DNA from: Macrostomum lignano
Taxonomy: Eukaryota
DNA: 64,000 nt
Reading direction: 5' to 3'
NCBI GenBank assembly: GCA_002269645.1
Contig: NIVC01001387.1
Coordinates: forward strand, 128,136 to 192,135
Part shown: positions 37,144 to 49,063 of the stretch, piece by piece
Layout: every line of letters starts with the position of its first letter
Position numbering within the stretch: the stretch's first letter is position 1
The notes under the pieces: generated by a model
Told to the model about the DNA's origin: nothing
Seen by the model: only the letters and a program-made list of their open reading frames with translations
Database searches by the model: none
Made by a program: the position numbers and the translations under genes

Positions 37144-37737
37144 CTTATCTAATCGACTATAACCTGAATCCTTGTCCTCAGCATCAGCAGTTCCAACAGC
37201 TGCGGCAGAAGCGGCAGCCCGAAACAAACAATTCAAATCCAACAGTAGCACATAATAGGCCGCTAGCTCAGTCGGTCTACACAAATAATTCGAATTAGAC
37301 GATTCAGTAGAACTGCTGTTATTAATCCAAGGCAAGGCCAGACGCAGGCAGAACAGCGGACAGCAGGCCATCGTCAAAACAGCCGCCGGGCCAATCCAAC
37401 GATTGGCGCCCAGCCGACTCAGCCGACAACAGGCCTCATATAAGCGAGCCAGAGCAATGAGCTTTAAACAGCCAACAAGGAACATCTTTGCGGCATCTGC
37501 GGAGTCGTCAGATTTAGCAGCAATCAAACTGGTTGAGCTGGCCACGCTGAATAAAAAAGCTGCTAGGCAGATGAGCGCCAAGATAGAACCCACCCGCGTC
37601 AGTTCTGAGGCGTGTCGGCGCCAAAATGGACCGGCGCGACGCGCTAAAATTATTGAGAAAGCGCTGACGCGATCATCCCTATGATTGGTTGATGTCTGCG
37701 CTGCCGGCTGATTTATCGGCGATGCGAATTTAAGCAT
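37144..37737 (-). CDS. HMGCR: HMG-CoA reductase exon 1 (divergent membrane domain)
   Basis: Hydrophobic open frame from ATG 37737 to GT donor at 37143; 594 nt, phase 0 joins exon 2. Confidence 0.72.
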
Positions 37738-37964
37738 AGCTGTGTCCTGTGCCACAGTGCGTCCGTTGATAATATCTGCTGCAAATGGGATTCAAAATGA
37801 ATAGTCACGGCAATCTGCATGGCTTAAAGCCCTAACGAACTATCTATCTAGATTAGATAGATGATAGTTAGATAGATAGACAGACAGACAGACAGACGGT
37901 TAGATAGATAGATAGATAGTAGATAGCGAGAAAGAGCGAGCGAAGCGAGCTCTTTCGAGCTTGC

Positions 37965-38045
37965 TTGCCGCAGCCAATCAAGCTGAAAGCACGCACACAA
38001 GATCACCGGAAACGATTAAGGCAGCTGGAAAGCCAATGGGCGCGG
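37965..38045. promoter_or_regulatory. Two CCAAT boxes in CpG-rich DNA 230-300 bp upstream of the HMGCR ATG
   Basis: CAGCCAATCA at about 37971 and AAGCCAATGG at about 38030; identified by motif match only. Confidence 0.35.
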
Positions 38046-38244
38046 TAAGCGCTTTTATCCAGAGGAACTACCTGCTGGAACCAGCCATGCCGAACGAAAA
38101 TCAGACTACTTAAGTAGTGCAAAAGAGTACGTGCAACTACCGAGAAATCTAATTTTCGTAACCGCTCCGGTGCAGGTCCTGGCTATAGATAGTAGAAGAT
38201 AGCGAGAAAGAGCGAGCGAAGCGAAGCGATCGAAGCATATCTAT

Positions 38245-38274
38245 CTATTTATGGATAGATAGATAGATAGATAT

Positions 38275-38329
<55 letters not shown>

Positions 38330-38330
38330 T

Positions 38331-38387
<57 letters not shown>

Positions 38388-39190
38388 AGATTCCCCTATA
38401 TACTGTCTATATGAAGTCACAAAATTGTAGCTGCCAAGCGCGTCAAGGGTTACCAAGCGCGTCAGCCAAGTGCGTCGACTAGATTTTGGATTTCCCTCGC
38501 CTAATAGGATTTCCCTAGCCCATAGACCATAGAATATATGAACATCTATCACGCAGCACTATCGTGACAGATTTCCCCTATGCACATATACAAGCCATAG
38601 AGTGGTTGACGCGTTTGGCTGACGCGTTTGGCTGACGCGTTTGGCTGACGCGCTTGGCTGACGCGTTTGGCTGACGCGCTTGGCTGACGCGTTTGGCTGA
38701 CGCGCTTGGTTGACGCGCTTGGCTGACGCGTTTGGCTGACGCGCTTGGTTGACGCGTTTGGCTGGCGCGTTTGGCTGACGCGTTTGGCTGACGCGCTTGG
38801 CTGACGCGCTTGGCTGACGCGTTTGGCTGACGCGCTTGGCTGACGCGTTTGGCTGACGCGCTTGGCTGACGCGTTTGGCTGACGCGTTTGGCTGACGCGC
38901 TTGGCTGACGCGTTTGGCTGACGCGCTTGGCTGACGCGCTTGGCTGACGCGCTTGGCTGACGCGTTTGGCTGACGCGTTTGGCTGACGCGCTTGGCTGAC
39001 GCGTTTGGCTGACGCGCTTGGCTGACGCGCTTGGCTGACGCGTTTGGCTGACGCACTTGGCTGACGCGTTTGGCTGACGCACTTGGCTGACGCACTTGGC
39101 TGACGCGTTTGGTTGACGCGTTTGGCTGACGCACTTGGCTGACGCGTTTGGTTGACGCGTTTGGCTGACGCACTTGGCTGACGCGTTTGG
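38245..39190. repeat. (GATA)n (38245-38385) and 13-bp minisatellite TTGGCTGACGCG(T/C) (38600-39190) upstream of HMGCR
   Basis: Directly visible. Confidence 0.95.
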
Positions 39191-39350
39191 TCCATATATT
39201 AGATATTAGACAAGCAAATTAGACATAAAACTATGTAATGCGTGTTTCGTCGGTTTTATTAAATTGACAGACTATCAGATAATCTTTCTCTCCCTCTCTT
39301 GCATCTTCGCTGTCTTTTTATCGACTCATCTTTATGCTATAATCTTCGCC

Positions 39351-39890
39351 GGCGTCAATTAGGGTTAGGGTTACGTTAGGGTTAGGGCTAGCGTCAATTA
39401 GGGTTAGGGTTAGGGTTAGGGCTAGCGTCAATTAGGGTTAGGGTTAGAGCTAGCGTCAATTAGGGTTAGGGTTAAGTTAGGGTTAGGGCTGGCGTCAATT
39501 AGGGTTAGGGTTAGGGTTAGTGTTTGGGCTAGCGTCGATTAGGGTTAGGGTTACGTTAGGGTTAGGGCTGGCGTCAATTAGGGTTAGGGTTACGTTAGGG
39601 TTAGGGCTGGCGTCAATTAGGGTTAGGGTTAAGTTAGGGTTAGGGCTAGCGGCAATTAGGGTTAGGGTTAAGTTAGGGTTAGGGCTGGCGTCAATTAGGG
39701 TTAGGGTTAAGTTAGGGTTAGGGCTAGCGTCAATTAGGGTTAGGGTTAAGTTAGGGTTAGGGCTGTCGTCAATTAGGGTTAGGGTTAAGTTAGGGTTAGG
39801 GCTAGCGTCAATTAGGGTTAGGGTTAAGTTAGGGTTAGGGCTAGCGTCAATTAGGGTTAGGGTTAAGTTAGGGTTAGGGTTAGGGTTTGG
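39351..39890 (+). repeat. 39-bp telomere-variant array (GCTAGCGTCAA TTAGGG TTAGGG TTAAG TTAGGG TTAGG)
   Basis: About 14 units; a second, shorter array lies at 40904-41068. Confidence 0.95.
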
Positions 39891-41895
39891 TTAGGCTGGC
39901 TACTATCAGATAAGCTACCCTTAGACAGCAACAGGCGTTTCCCCAGATAAGTGATTCAAAACAGCAGCATACGTTTCATTAGTCGAAATGAAATAAAAAG
40001 TATTTTTTTAGCGCGAAAATTTTCTAAGTCAAAATAATTTTGACACTTAGAGAAATTTCACATTTCTCGGCGAGCGCAGCGGTCCCCCAGAATTAAACTA
40101 GGGTGTGACAGGTAAGTGGTTAAGGTTAGGGTTGTGAATAATTATTCAAGTAATAGGTAGGTAGATTGGGTGGGTTGGTTGGTTAGTTAGTTAGTCAGTT
40201 AGTCAATCGGTATGCTATATGAGTACTACTACTACTACTAGTGTTTATTGTTTAGCCAGTCAGCCAGTCAGCCATCGAACAAGATTTAGCTCTCCATTCG
40301 TTATTGTGTGTCTATTTATAGATGGTTTTTTACTATATGTAGCCGACTAATATATATTTATAGATGGTTTTTTACTATATATAGCCGCGGTTAGTCTATT
40401 TATTTCGTATTTATTACTATAAATAGCGTTTATGTTACTAAGTTTAAATGTTGTTACTAAAAATATAATTGCATACTCGTCCCTAAGAGATATAGACCTT
40501 ACACTCGCTAATATTCACTAGTTGTCTATGGGTCTAACCTATCGTATATATCATCAATCTCTATATCTCTTAGGGACGAGTATGCAATTATATTTTTAGT
40601 AACAACATTTATACTTAGTAACATAAACGCTATTTATAGTAATAAATACGAAATAAATAGACCAACTGCGGCTATATATAGTATAAAACCATCTATAAAT
40701 ATATAGTAGTCGGCTATATATAGTAAAAAACCATCTATAAATATGATAATGACGATGATGACGACGATGACGATGCTGACGATGACCGTTTGTACTGTCT
40801 ATTTATAGTAACATAAACGCTATTTATAGTAACAATACCCTACCCCTAACAATACCCTAACAATACCCTAGTTTTTTTCTGGGGACCGCTGCGCTTGCCG
40901 AGATATTAGGGTTAGGGTTAAGTTAGGGTTAGGGCTGGCGTCAATTAGGGTTAGGGTTAGGTTAGGGTTAGGGCTGGCGTCAATTAGGGTTAGGGTTAAG
41001 TTAGGGTTAGGGCTAGCGTCAATTAGGGTTAGGGTTAAGTTAGGGTTAGGGTTATTGTTAGGGTTAGGGCTGGCTACTCTCAGATAAGCTACACTCAGAC
41101 AGCAACAGGCGTTTCCCCAGATAAGTTATTCAAAACAGCAGCATACGTTTTATTAGACGAAATGAAATAAAAAAATTTTATGCGAAAATTTTTCTAAGTC
41201 AAAATAATTTTGACACTTAGAGAAATTTCACATTTCTCGGCCAGCGCAGCGGTCCCCCAGAAAAAAAAGAGGCTGTGACAGGTAAGTGGTTGGGTTTGGT
41301 GTTGTGAATAATGATAGTAGTAGGTAGATAAGCTGAGCTGAGCTTATCGCGCACTACTCTAATCTGTCTGTCTGTTATTAAGAAATCTTAATAAATTACT
41401 AAATATAGATGGTTACTATTTTGGGTATCAAATTGTTACCATAAATAGAATGTCATACTGCCCCTAAGAGATATAGAGATATAGTACTCATTTTAATGCC
41501 ATAGACACTCGTAGGTCTATATCTCTTAGGGGCAGTATGACATTCTATTTATGGTAACAATTTGATACCCAAAATAGTAACCATCTATATTTAGTAATTT
41601 ATTAAGATTTCCACTAGTGCCCATGCTGTATTTAAGTTATAACTTAACTAATTACACTAGTATCTTACACACGCACACACGCACACACACGCACGCACAT
41701 TTTTTTCTGGGGGACCGCTGCGCTCGCTCGGGTTAGCAAAATTATATAATTCTACCCTCCCCTCTCAATCAGCCCTCACTAACCCTAAACCTAACCCTAA
41801 CTCTAACAACAAACAAATTTTTTTCTGGGAAACTCTGTATGTGAATACTTTTATCCTGGGGAAGCCACCTGTTGCTGTCTGAGGGTAACTTATCT
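39351..41895. mobile_element. Two tandem telomere-repeat-bearing foldback modules of unknown family
   Basis: TTAGGG-variant arrays; duplicated about 200-bp core (39894-40093, 41067-41268); nested inverted repeats and long hairpins. Confidence 0.55.
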
Positions 41896-42469
41896 TGGGG
41901 GAAGCCACTCTCCCGATGCTTTCCTCTCCTCTCCATGCCATGGGCCGCTGCAATTCAAAATCACACCCGCCTATTTGTTTCTTCTATTCGTTTGTGACCG
42001 CGATTAAGAAAGTACAAGTTAAACTGTATGGGTTATAATATAGCATGCTGTTTGTACACACTCTAAACTCCCTTCTGGCTGAATACTCATTCTACTGCCC
42101 CTTTTTGCCATAGAATAAAAATTTGAAGTCTCCCTATCGATTTATCACTCTCGATACGTTGTTGCAGCCATAGACATAGATTGAGGCCGACCTGTCCATC
42201 TCGATGTTTTAAACCCTGACCATTTCGCTCTTGCTCAGTTGTAAGTAGAGCGGCGTCTTGCGCCCGGCTCCCTCGCTTGCCCTCTCTAGTATAGATAAGC
42301 ATAGCTACTACGTCCACCTTTCGCGTTTCTATCAAGTAAGTTGCAACTGTGCTTTTTTTATATGTTTTATTATATCACGAGTGGAGCTACGCCTTTGAAG
42401 GTGAAATAGTACGAACTCTCATCCTGGAACTTCTGAAGCGGAAGAACTCCCATTCACTTTTATAATCAT

Positions 42470-42870
42470 GTCAAAATTGCATTTTCACTATATGTAACAG
42501 GTCCCTTACATGCTGCATGTTTAGGTGGAGCAGCCTCTCTCTCTCTCTCTCGGATATGCTATAGCCCTTAACTACTATTGTTTCACAATTGCATTTTCAC
42601 TATATGTAACAGGTCCCTTACATGCTGCATGTCTAGGTGGAGCAGCCTCTCTCTCTCTCTCTCTCGGATATGCTATAGCCCTTAACTACTATTGTTTCAC
42701 AATTGCATTTTCACTATATGTAACAGGTCCCTTACATGCTGCATGTCTAGGTGGAGCAGCCTCTCGGGTATGCTATAACCCTTTAATTATTATTATTTCA
42801 CATTTGCACTATCACTATATATAACAGGTCCCTTACATGCTGCATGTTTAGGTGGAGCAATATGCTATAG
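42470..42870. repeat. About 112-bp tandem repeat with a variable (CT)n
   Basis: AATTGCATTTTCACTATATGTAACAGGTCCC recurs at about 42476, 42587 and 42702. Confidence 0.9.
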
Positions 42871-43374
42871 CACTTTAACTACAATTATCTAATGATCACA
42901 GTTTCGCTATACAACAGGTCTATTACATGATGCGAGTTCAGTTGAAGCAGCCTCTCTATTATAAGCCCTTTTTATTATAGCTAGCGTCTTAAAACAAGTC
43001 ATGTTTTCTTATGTGTGGAAAGGCATGGAAACTGTATGCGCTACTATTCTGGATAAATTGGGAATCTACTACAACGCACTGCTGGCTAATAACTTCAAGC
43101 GTTTGAATCTTCATATCGCCAATTCACATAGACTTTCTATCAGTAGCTTTGCAAGTTTTAATAAATATACTGACGCTGCTATTTTGACATTTGCAAACCC
43201 AACTGAATGGATTGGTTAATTGATGGACTTTCGTGTTTCATTATTGTCATCCAGGGTGACCGTTTGAACTTTTGATATCCAATGAAGGAAAAACAGCTGG
43301 ATTCATTTAGCGCAACTGCTTTTGATCGGTAATCGAGGTCAAATCACCAGTCTTAAGGGTCAAAACACCAGTAG

Positions 43375-44860
43375 AGGTCACATCACCAGTCAACATGGTC
43401 ACATCACCAGTCAACATGGTCACATCACCAGTCAGTCTGGTCACATCACCAGTCAACATGGTCACATCACCAGTCAGTCTGGTCACATCACCAGTCAACA
43501 TGGTCACATCACCAGTCAACATGGTCACATCACCAGTCAGTCTGGTCACATCACCAGTCATTAAGGTCACATCACCAGTCACCAAGGTCACATCACCAGT
43601 CATTAAGGTCACATCACAAGTCATTAAGGTCACATCGCCAGTCAACTGGGTCACATCACCAGTCAATCGGGTCACATCACCAGTCAGTCGGGTCACATCA
43701 CCAGTCAGTCGGGTCACATCACTAGTCAGTCGGGTCACATCACCAGTCAGTCGGGTCACATCACCAGTCAGTCTGGTCACATCACCAATCGACTTGGTCA
43801 CATCACCAGTCAATCGGGTCACATCACCAGTCAATCGGGTCACATCACCATTCAACTGGGTCACATCACCAGTCAACATGGTCACATCACCAGTCAACGT
43901 GGTCACAACACCAGTCAGTCGGGTCACATCACTAGTCAGTCGGTCACATCACCAGTCAATTGGGTCACATCACCAGTCAACATGGTCACATCACCAGTCA
44001 ACGCGGTCACATCACCAGTCAGTCGGGTCACATCACTAGTCAGTCGATCACATCACCAGTCAATTGGGTCACATCACCAGTCAATCGGGTCACATCACCA
44101 GTCAACGCGGTCACATCACCAGTCAACTGGGTCACATCACCAGTCAACGCGGTCACATCACCAGTCAACTGGGTCACATCACCAGTCAGTCGGGTCACAT
44201 CACCATTCAACTGGGTCACATCACCAGTCAACATGGTCACATCACAAGTCAACGTGGTCACAACACCAGTCAGTCAGGTCACAACACCAGTCAGTCAGGT
44301 CACATCACCAGTCAGTCGGGTCACATCACTAGTCAGTCGGGTCACATCACTAGTCAGTCGGGTCACATCACCAGTCAGTTGGGTCACATCACCAGTCAAC
44401 TGGGTCACATCACCAGTCAACGCGGTCACATCACCAGTCAACGCGGTCACATCACCAGTCAACGCGGTCACATCACCAATCAACATGGTCACATCACCAG
44501 TCAACGCGGTCACATCACCAGTCAACGCGGTCACATCACCAGTCAACGTGCTCACAACACCAGTCAGTCGGGTCACATCACCAGTCAGTCGGGTCACATC
44601 ACCAGTCAGTCGGGTCACATCACCAATCAAAATGGTCACATCACCAGTCACCAAGGTCACATCACCAGTCAACGTGCTCACAACACCAGTCAGTCGGGTC
44701 ACATCACCAGTCAGTCGGGTCACATCACCAGTCAGTCGGGTCACATCACCAATCAAAATGGTCACATCACCAGTCACCAAGGTCACATCACCAGTCCCTA
44801 AGGTCAAAACACCAGTAGAGGTCATAACACCAGTAGAGGTCACATCACCAGTCACTAAGG
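43375..44860. repeat. 21-bp minisatellite (GGTCACATCACCAGTCAGTCG)
   Basis: About 70 copies; source of the VTSPV/GHITSQ ORFs. Confidence 0.97.
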
Positions 44861-45754
44861 TGATGTGACCATCCAATCCAATTAAACGTAGAAACAATCA
44901 AACGAAGCGGAGACTGGGTGAAATGCGTGAAATGATCAAAACTCGCAAGCAAGAGAATAGCTAACTTAACTAACCATAGATTGAAGAATTGGCTGGCTGG
45001 CTGACTGACTTGCATTCTGCCTTCGATTGATGCTTGCGCGCGCGCATTTTTATCAGTTAGCGGGCTACCCCCACGCTTTCTATTTCGATACCAACGAGTT
45101 AAATATAAACGGGGGATGACCCTAGACAGTATACAAATGACCTTATCATCGGCCAATACAGAGCAGCGAAAACCAACCCCCATAAATACAAGCCAATAGA
45201 TGCGTAAAATTGATGCTAAAATTGGTGAGCATGGTATATCCTAGGGTCTTAGCTTTTTAGGAACAAAAAGAAAGGAAGTCGATAAGTGTAGTAGACCTTG
45301 CAATCATGAAACAGAAATAGCAGATAATTTAATCGCTATTTACTATATGGACAGTGGGGGTACATTGTAGCAGAAATACACACACAGGAGTATACATACG
45401 ACTTGAGACTTATTTAACTGGTTGTAGTTTGCGCACGTAAGTTCGGAGTAAACACACATTTAAAGGCCTATAACTTCAAAGCAAAATTGTGTTTTGTTGT
45501 TGAAGAAGTACAGACACTAGATGACACCAAAGGTCATCAGTGGAAACTGAATGCATAGTTAGGGCATACGAAGAAATACATAACAATTAATAAACGATGT
45601 CCTCATTTCTACTCCCCTCTTTGCGTATATTTGTTACTAAAAAAAACACTTGAAGAAACACAGAGTACCAGTTGACCATTGTAGTAGATCGTATTGAATC
45701 GGGGCTGCTTAAAGCCCGCGAGATTTGAGCACGCTGTCTGCTTTTATATCATAT

Positions 45755-46290
45755 CTGAGTATCTGGGAGGCTGGCTCAGCAACTCACACTCTCAGAGGCT
45801 GACCCAGCAACTGAGTATCTGGGAGGCTGGCTCAGCAACTCACACTCTCAGAGACTGGCCCTGGAACTGAGGATCTGGGAGGCAGGCCGCAACTGAGGAG
45901 CTGGGAGGCTGGCCTAGCAACTGAGGATCTGGGAGGCTGGCTCAGCAACTCACACTCTCAGAGGCTGGCCCAGGAACTGAGTATCTGGGAGGCTGGCTCA
46001 GCAACTCACACTCTCAGAGGCTGGCCCAGGAACTGAGGATCTGGGAGGCAGGCCGCAACTGAGGAGCTGGGAGGCTGGCCTAGCAACTGAGGATCTGGGA
46101 GGCTGGCTTAGCAACTGAGGATCTGGGAGGCTGGCCCAGCAACTGAGGATCTGGGAGGCTGGCCTAGCAACTGAGGAGCTGGGAGGCTGGCCTAGCAACT
46201 GAGGATCTGGGAGGCTGGCCCAGCAACTGAGGATCTGGGAGGCTGGCCTAGCAACTGAGGATCTGGGAGGCTGGCTTAGCAACTGAAGAT
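45755..46290. repeat. About 28-bp minisatellite (GCAACTGAGGATCTGGGAGGCTGGCCTA) 3' of PSMD13
   Basis: Tandem copies with higher-order variants. Confidence 0.93.
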
Positions 46291-46411
46291 CTGTAAGGGT
46301 TTGGTGGTGCAGAGGCATTTTCGTACAGCAAACATTCACATAGCTATCGTCCCTAAAAAGTACTTTCAAGTGCCCGGCCCAAGTCAAGCCAAAAGTGCAT
46401 GCAGGCAAAAA

Positions 46412-46654
46412 TCAAACAGCCATCAGGCCGTCTCCGGCGCTGCCCCGCATCATCTCCTCCATAGCGGCGGCCGAGGTCACCCAGGCGGTCAGTTTCCGCT
46501 GCACCGAGGCCAGCTGATTCACGTCCAGCACCCTGGGCTGCACCCAGGTCACGTGAACCAGTTTGTCAACTTCGTTGATTTTGCCGCGAATCAGGTCCAA
46601 GCTGAGAGCGCGCATGAGCAGGTATTCCACTTCTTCGACTGGAACCATGGTGGC
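46412..46654 (-). CDS. PSMD13: PSMD13 last exon (EVEYLLMRALSLDLIRGKINEVDKLVHVTWVQPRVLD..., stop)
   Basis: WVQPRVL PCI motif; TGA at 46412-46414. Confidence 0.95.
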   Translation of the reverse strand, partial: ATMVPVEEVEYLLMRALSLDLIRGKINEVDKLVHVTWVQPRVLDVNQLASVQRKLTAWVTSAAAMEEMMRGSAGDGLMAV

Positions 46655-46698
46655 CTGCGGACAGGAGCGTGGGAAATCATGAATTAGCGGTTGCAGAA

Positions 46699-46950
<252 letters not shown>

Positions 46951-46966
46951 CATGAATCATAATTAC

Positions 46967-47235
46967 CTGGCTAATCTCAGCAAACGGGATCTGTCGCTGA
47001 GTAGTGGGCCTCTTAAAAGCCAGTTCGATGAGGCACATCAGCGTCACCTTCTGCTTGAGAAACTGCTCCTGCTTGGCCAAATCCGGCTGTCCGCTCCAGC
47101 GCGGCCTCAGCTGAGCAAAGGCAGCGATGTCGCCTTTGTTGAAGGCATAGAGAAGCTGCACCAGCCAGGACTGCTCAGTGCCATCCAGCGAGGTCAGCAC
47201 CTCGTGCATCAGCAATTCGCCAAAGTTGTACACGC
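46967..47235 (-). CDS. PSMD13: PSMD13 exon 5 ([10 protein letters not shown]...PCI domain)
   Basis: NFGELL.H motif; GTAAT donor. Confidence 0.95.
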
Positions 47236-47295
47236 CTGAGGGAGTTGGAACTTGCTGCTAGATACTTGGTCCCTGTGACCCGCAGCTGCATTGAC

Positions 47296-47612
47296 TCTGA
47301 CCCATCAGTGACCCACGCCTACCATCTCTCTGACCCATTAATGACCCACACACACCATCTCTCTGACCCACTAATGACCCACACACACCATCTCTCTGAC
47401 ATATCAGTGACCCACATACCATCTCTCCGACCCATTAGTGACCCACACCTACCATCTTTCTGACCCATCAGTGACCCACACCTACCATCTCTCTGACTCA
47501 TCAGTGACCCACGCCTACTATCTCTCTGACCCATCAGTAACCCACACCTACCATCTCTCTGACCCAATAATGACCCAAGCTACCATCTCTCTGACCCATC
47601 AGTGACCCACGG
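47296..47612. repeat. 33-bp minisatellite (GACCCATCAGTGACCCACACCTACCATCTCTCT), PSMD13 intron 4; same family as 32353-32733
   Basis: The unit differs from the 36-bp unit mainly by a 3-bp indel. Confidence 0.93.
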
Positions 47613-47682
47613 CTATATTCTTCCTTATCGTTTAGTAACCAACTCAAAAACCCCAAGAAGGGATCTAACAGCAATAACGCAC

Positions 47683-47929
47683 CCTTTCCCAGCAGAGCGG
47701 CAACAGCTACGGTGCTAGCCCAGGCCCGTCGCTCTTCAACAGGCATATTCTCCAGCTTAGTGCAGCCCAGATAGCGCAGGGCTTCGCGATAATATTCAGC
47801 ATGATTTCCAAGCGTTCGATGGTAGGCTGAGGTCAACGCGAAGTAGCGGTCGTGCACCGGGGTGACGTAATCGAATTCTTGAAGCTTAGAGCCGGCCTCT
47901 TCCATTAGTTTCCGGGCAGCCGGGTTGTC
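47683..47929 (-). CDS. PSMD13: PSMD13 exon 4 (...GNHAEYYREALRYLGC...ALLGK)
   Basis: Conserved YY..ALR.LGC motif; canonical splice sites. Confidence 0.93.
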
Positions 47930-47949
47930 CTGTAGAGATTAGAGTAGGA

Positions 47950-48750
47950 ACTGTCTAATGGCCGATTCTTACGACAGCAACTGCCTGTCTAATGGCCGAT
48001 TCTCATGACAGCAACTGCCTGTCTAATGGCCGATTCTCATGACAGCAACTGTCTGTCTAATGGCCGATTCTCATGACAGCAACTGTCTGTCTAATGGCCG
48101 ATTCTCATGACAGCAACTGTCTAATGGCCGATTCTAATGACAGCAACTGCCTAATTAGCCGATTCTCATGACAGCAACTGTCTGATGGCCGACTCTCATG
48201 ACAGCAACTGTCTAATGGTTAGTTCTGATGACAGCAACTGTCTAATGGTTAGTTCTGATGACAGCAACTGTCTAATGGTTAGTTCTGATGACAGCAACTG
48301 TCTAATGGTTAGTTCTGATGACAGCAACTGTCTAATAGCCAGTTCTCATGACAGCAACTGTCTAATGGCCGATTCTCACGACAGCAATTGTCTAATGGTC
48401 GGTTCTCATGACAGCAACTGTCTAATGGTTAGTTCTCATGACAGCAACTGTCTAATAGCCAGTTCTCATGACAGCAACTGTCTAATGGCCGATTCTCACG
48501 ACAGCAACTGTCTAATGATCGGTTCTCATGACAGCAACTGTCTAATGGTTAGTTCTCATGACAGCAACTGTCTAATGGCCGATTTTCATGACAGCAACTG
48601 TCTAATGGCCGATTTTCATGACAGCAACTGTCTAATGGCCGATTTTCATGACAGCAACTGTCTGTTTGATGGCCGATTCTCATGACAACAACTGTCTAAT
48701 AGTCAGTTCTCATGACAGCAGCTGTCTAATGGCCGATTCTCATTACAGCA
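47950..48750. repeat. 30-bp minisatellite (CTAATGGCCGATTCTCATGACAGCAACTGT), PSMD13 intron 3
   Basis: Tandem copies. Confidence 0.96.
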
Positions 48751-48829
48751 ACTTTTTAACAATAATATATTTCCACGACAGTAGATCCCTTGTACCCGAT
48801 TTAGTAGTAATTGCATTCTGAATTTTTAC

Positions 48830-49063
48830 CTTACGATCCTCCAGGTAGAAGGTAGCTAGGGCAATGTTGCACAGAACAACAGCAACAGTACCATCCTTAG
48901 CCTTGGCTAGAACTTTATCGCGAATCTTCTCAACAAAGCCGGGAATAGCGTCCTGCTTGTCGGCCTGAGAGCGCATCTTCTTCACAATTACTAGCACCAG
49001 TTCGGACATGGCTAGCGGATTGATAATGTGCTCGAAATCCGATAGGAAATTCTCATAGAAACC
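48830..49063 (-). CDS. PSMD13: PSMD13 exon 3 (GFYENFLSDFEHIINPLAM...)
   Basis: Matches YENFISEFEHRVNPL of PSMD13; 234 nt, phase 0. Confidence 0.92.

Noticed and set aside
39351-39890. True chromosome end
   Set aside because: The repeats are punctuated 39-bp units tied to a duplicated core, with intact genes on both sides.
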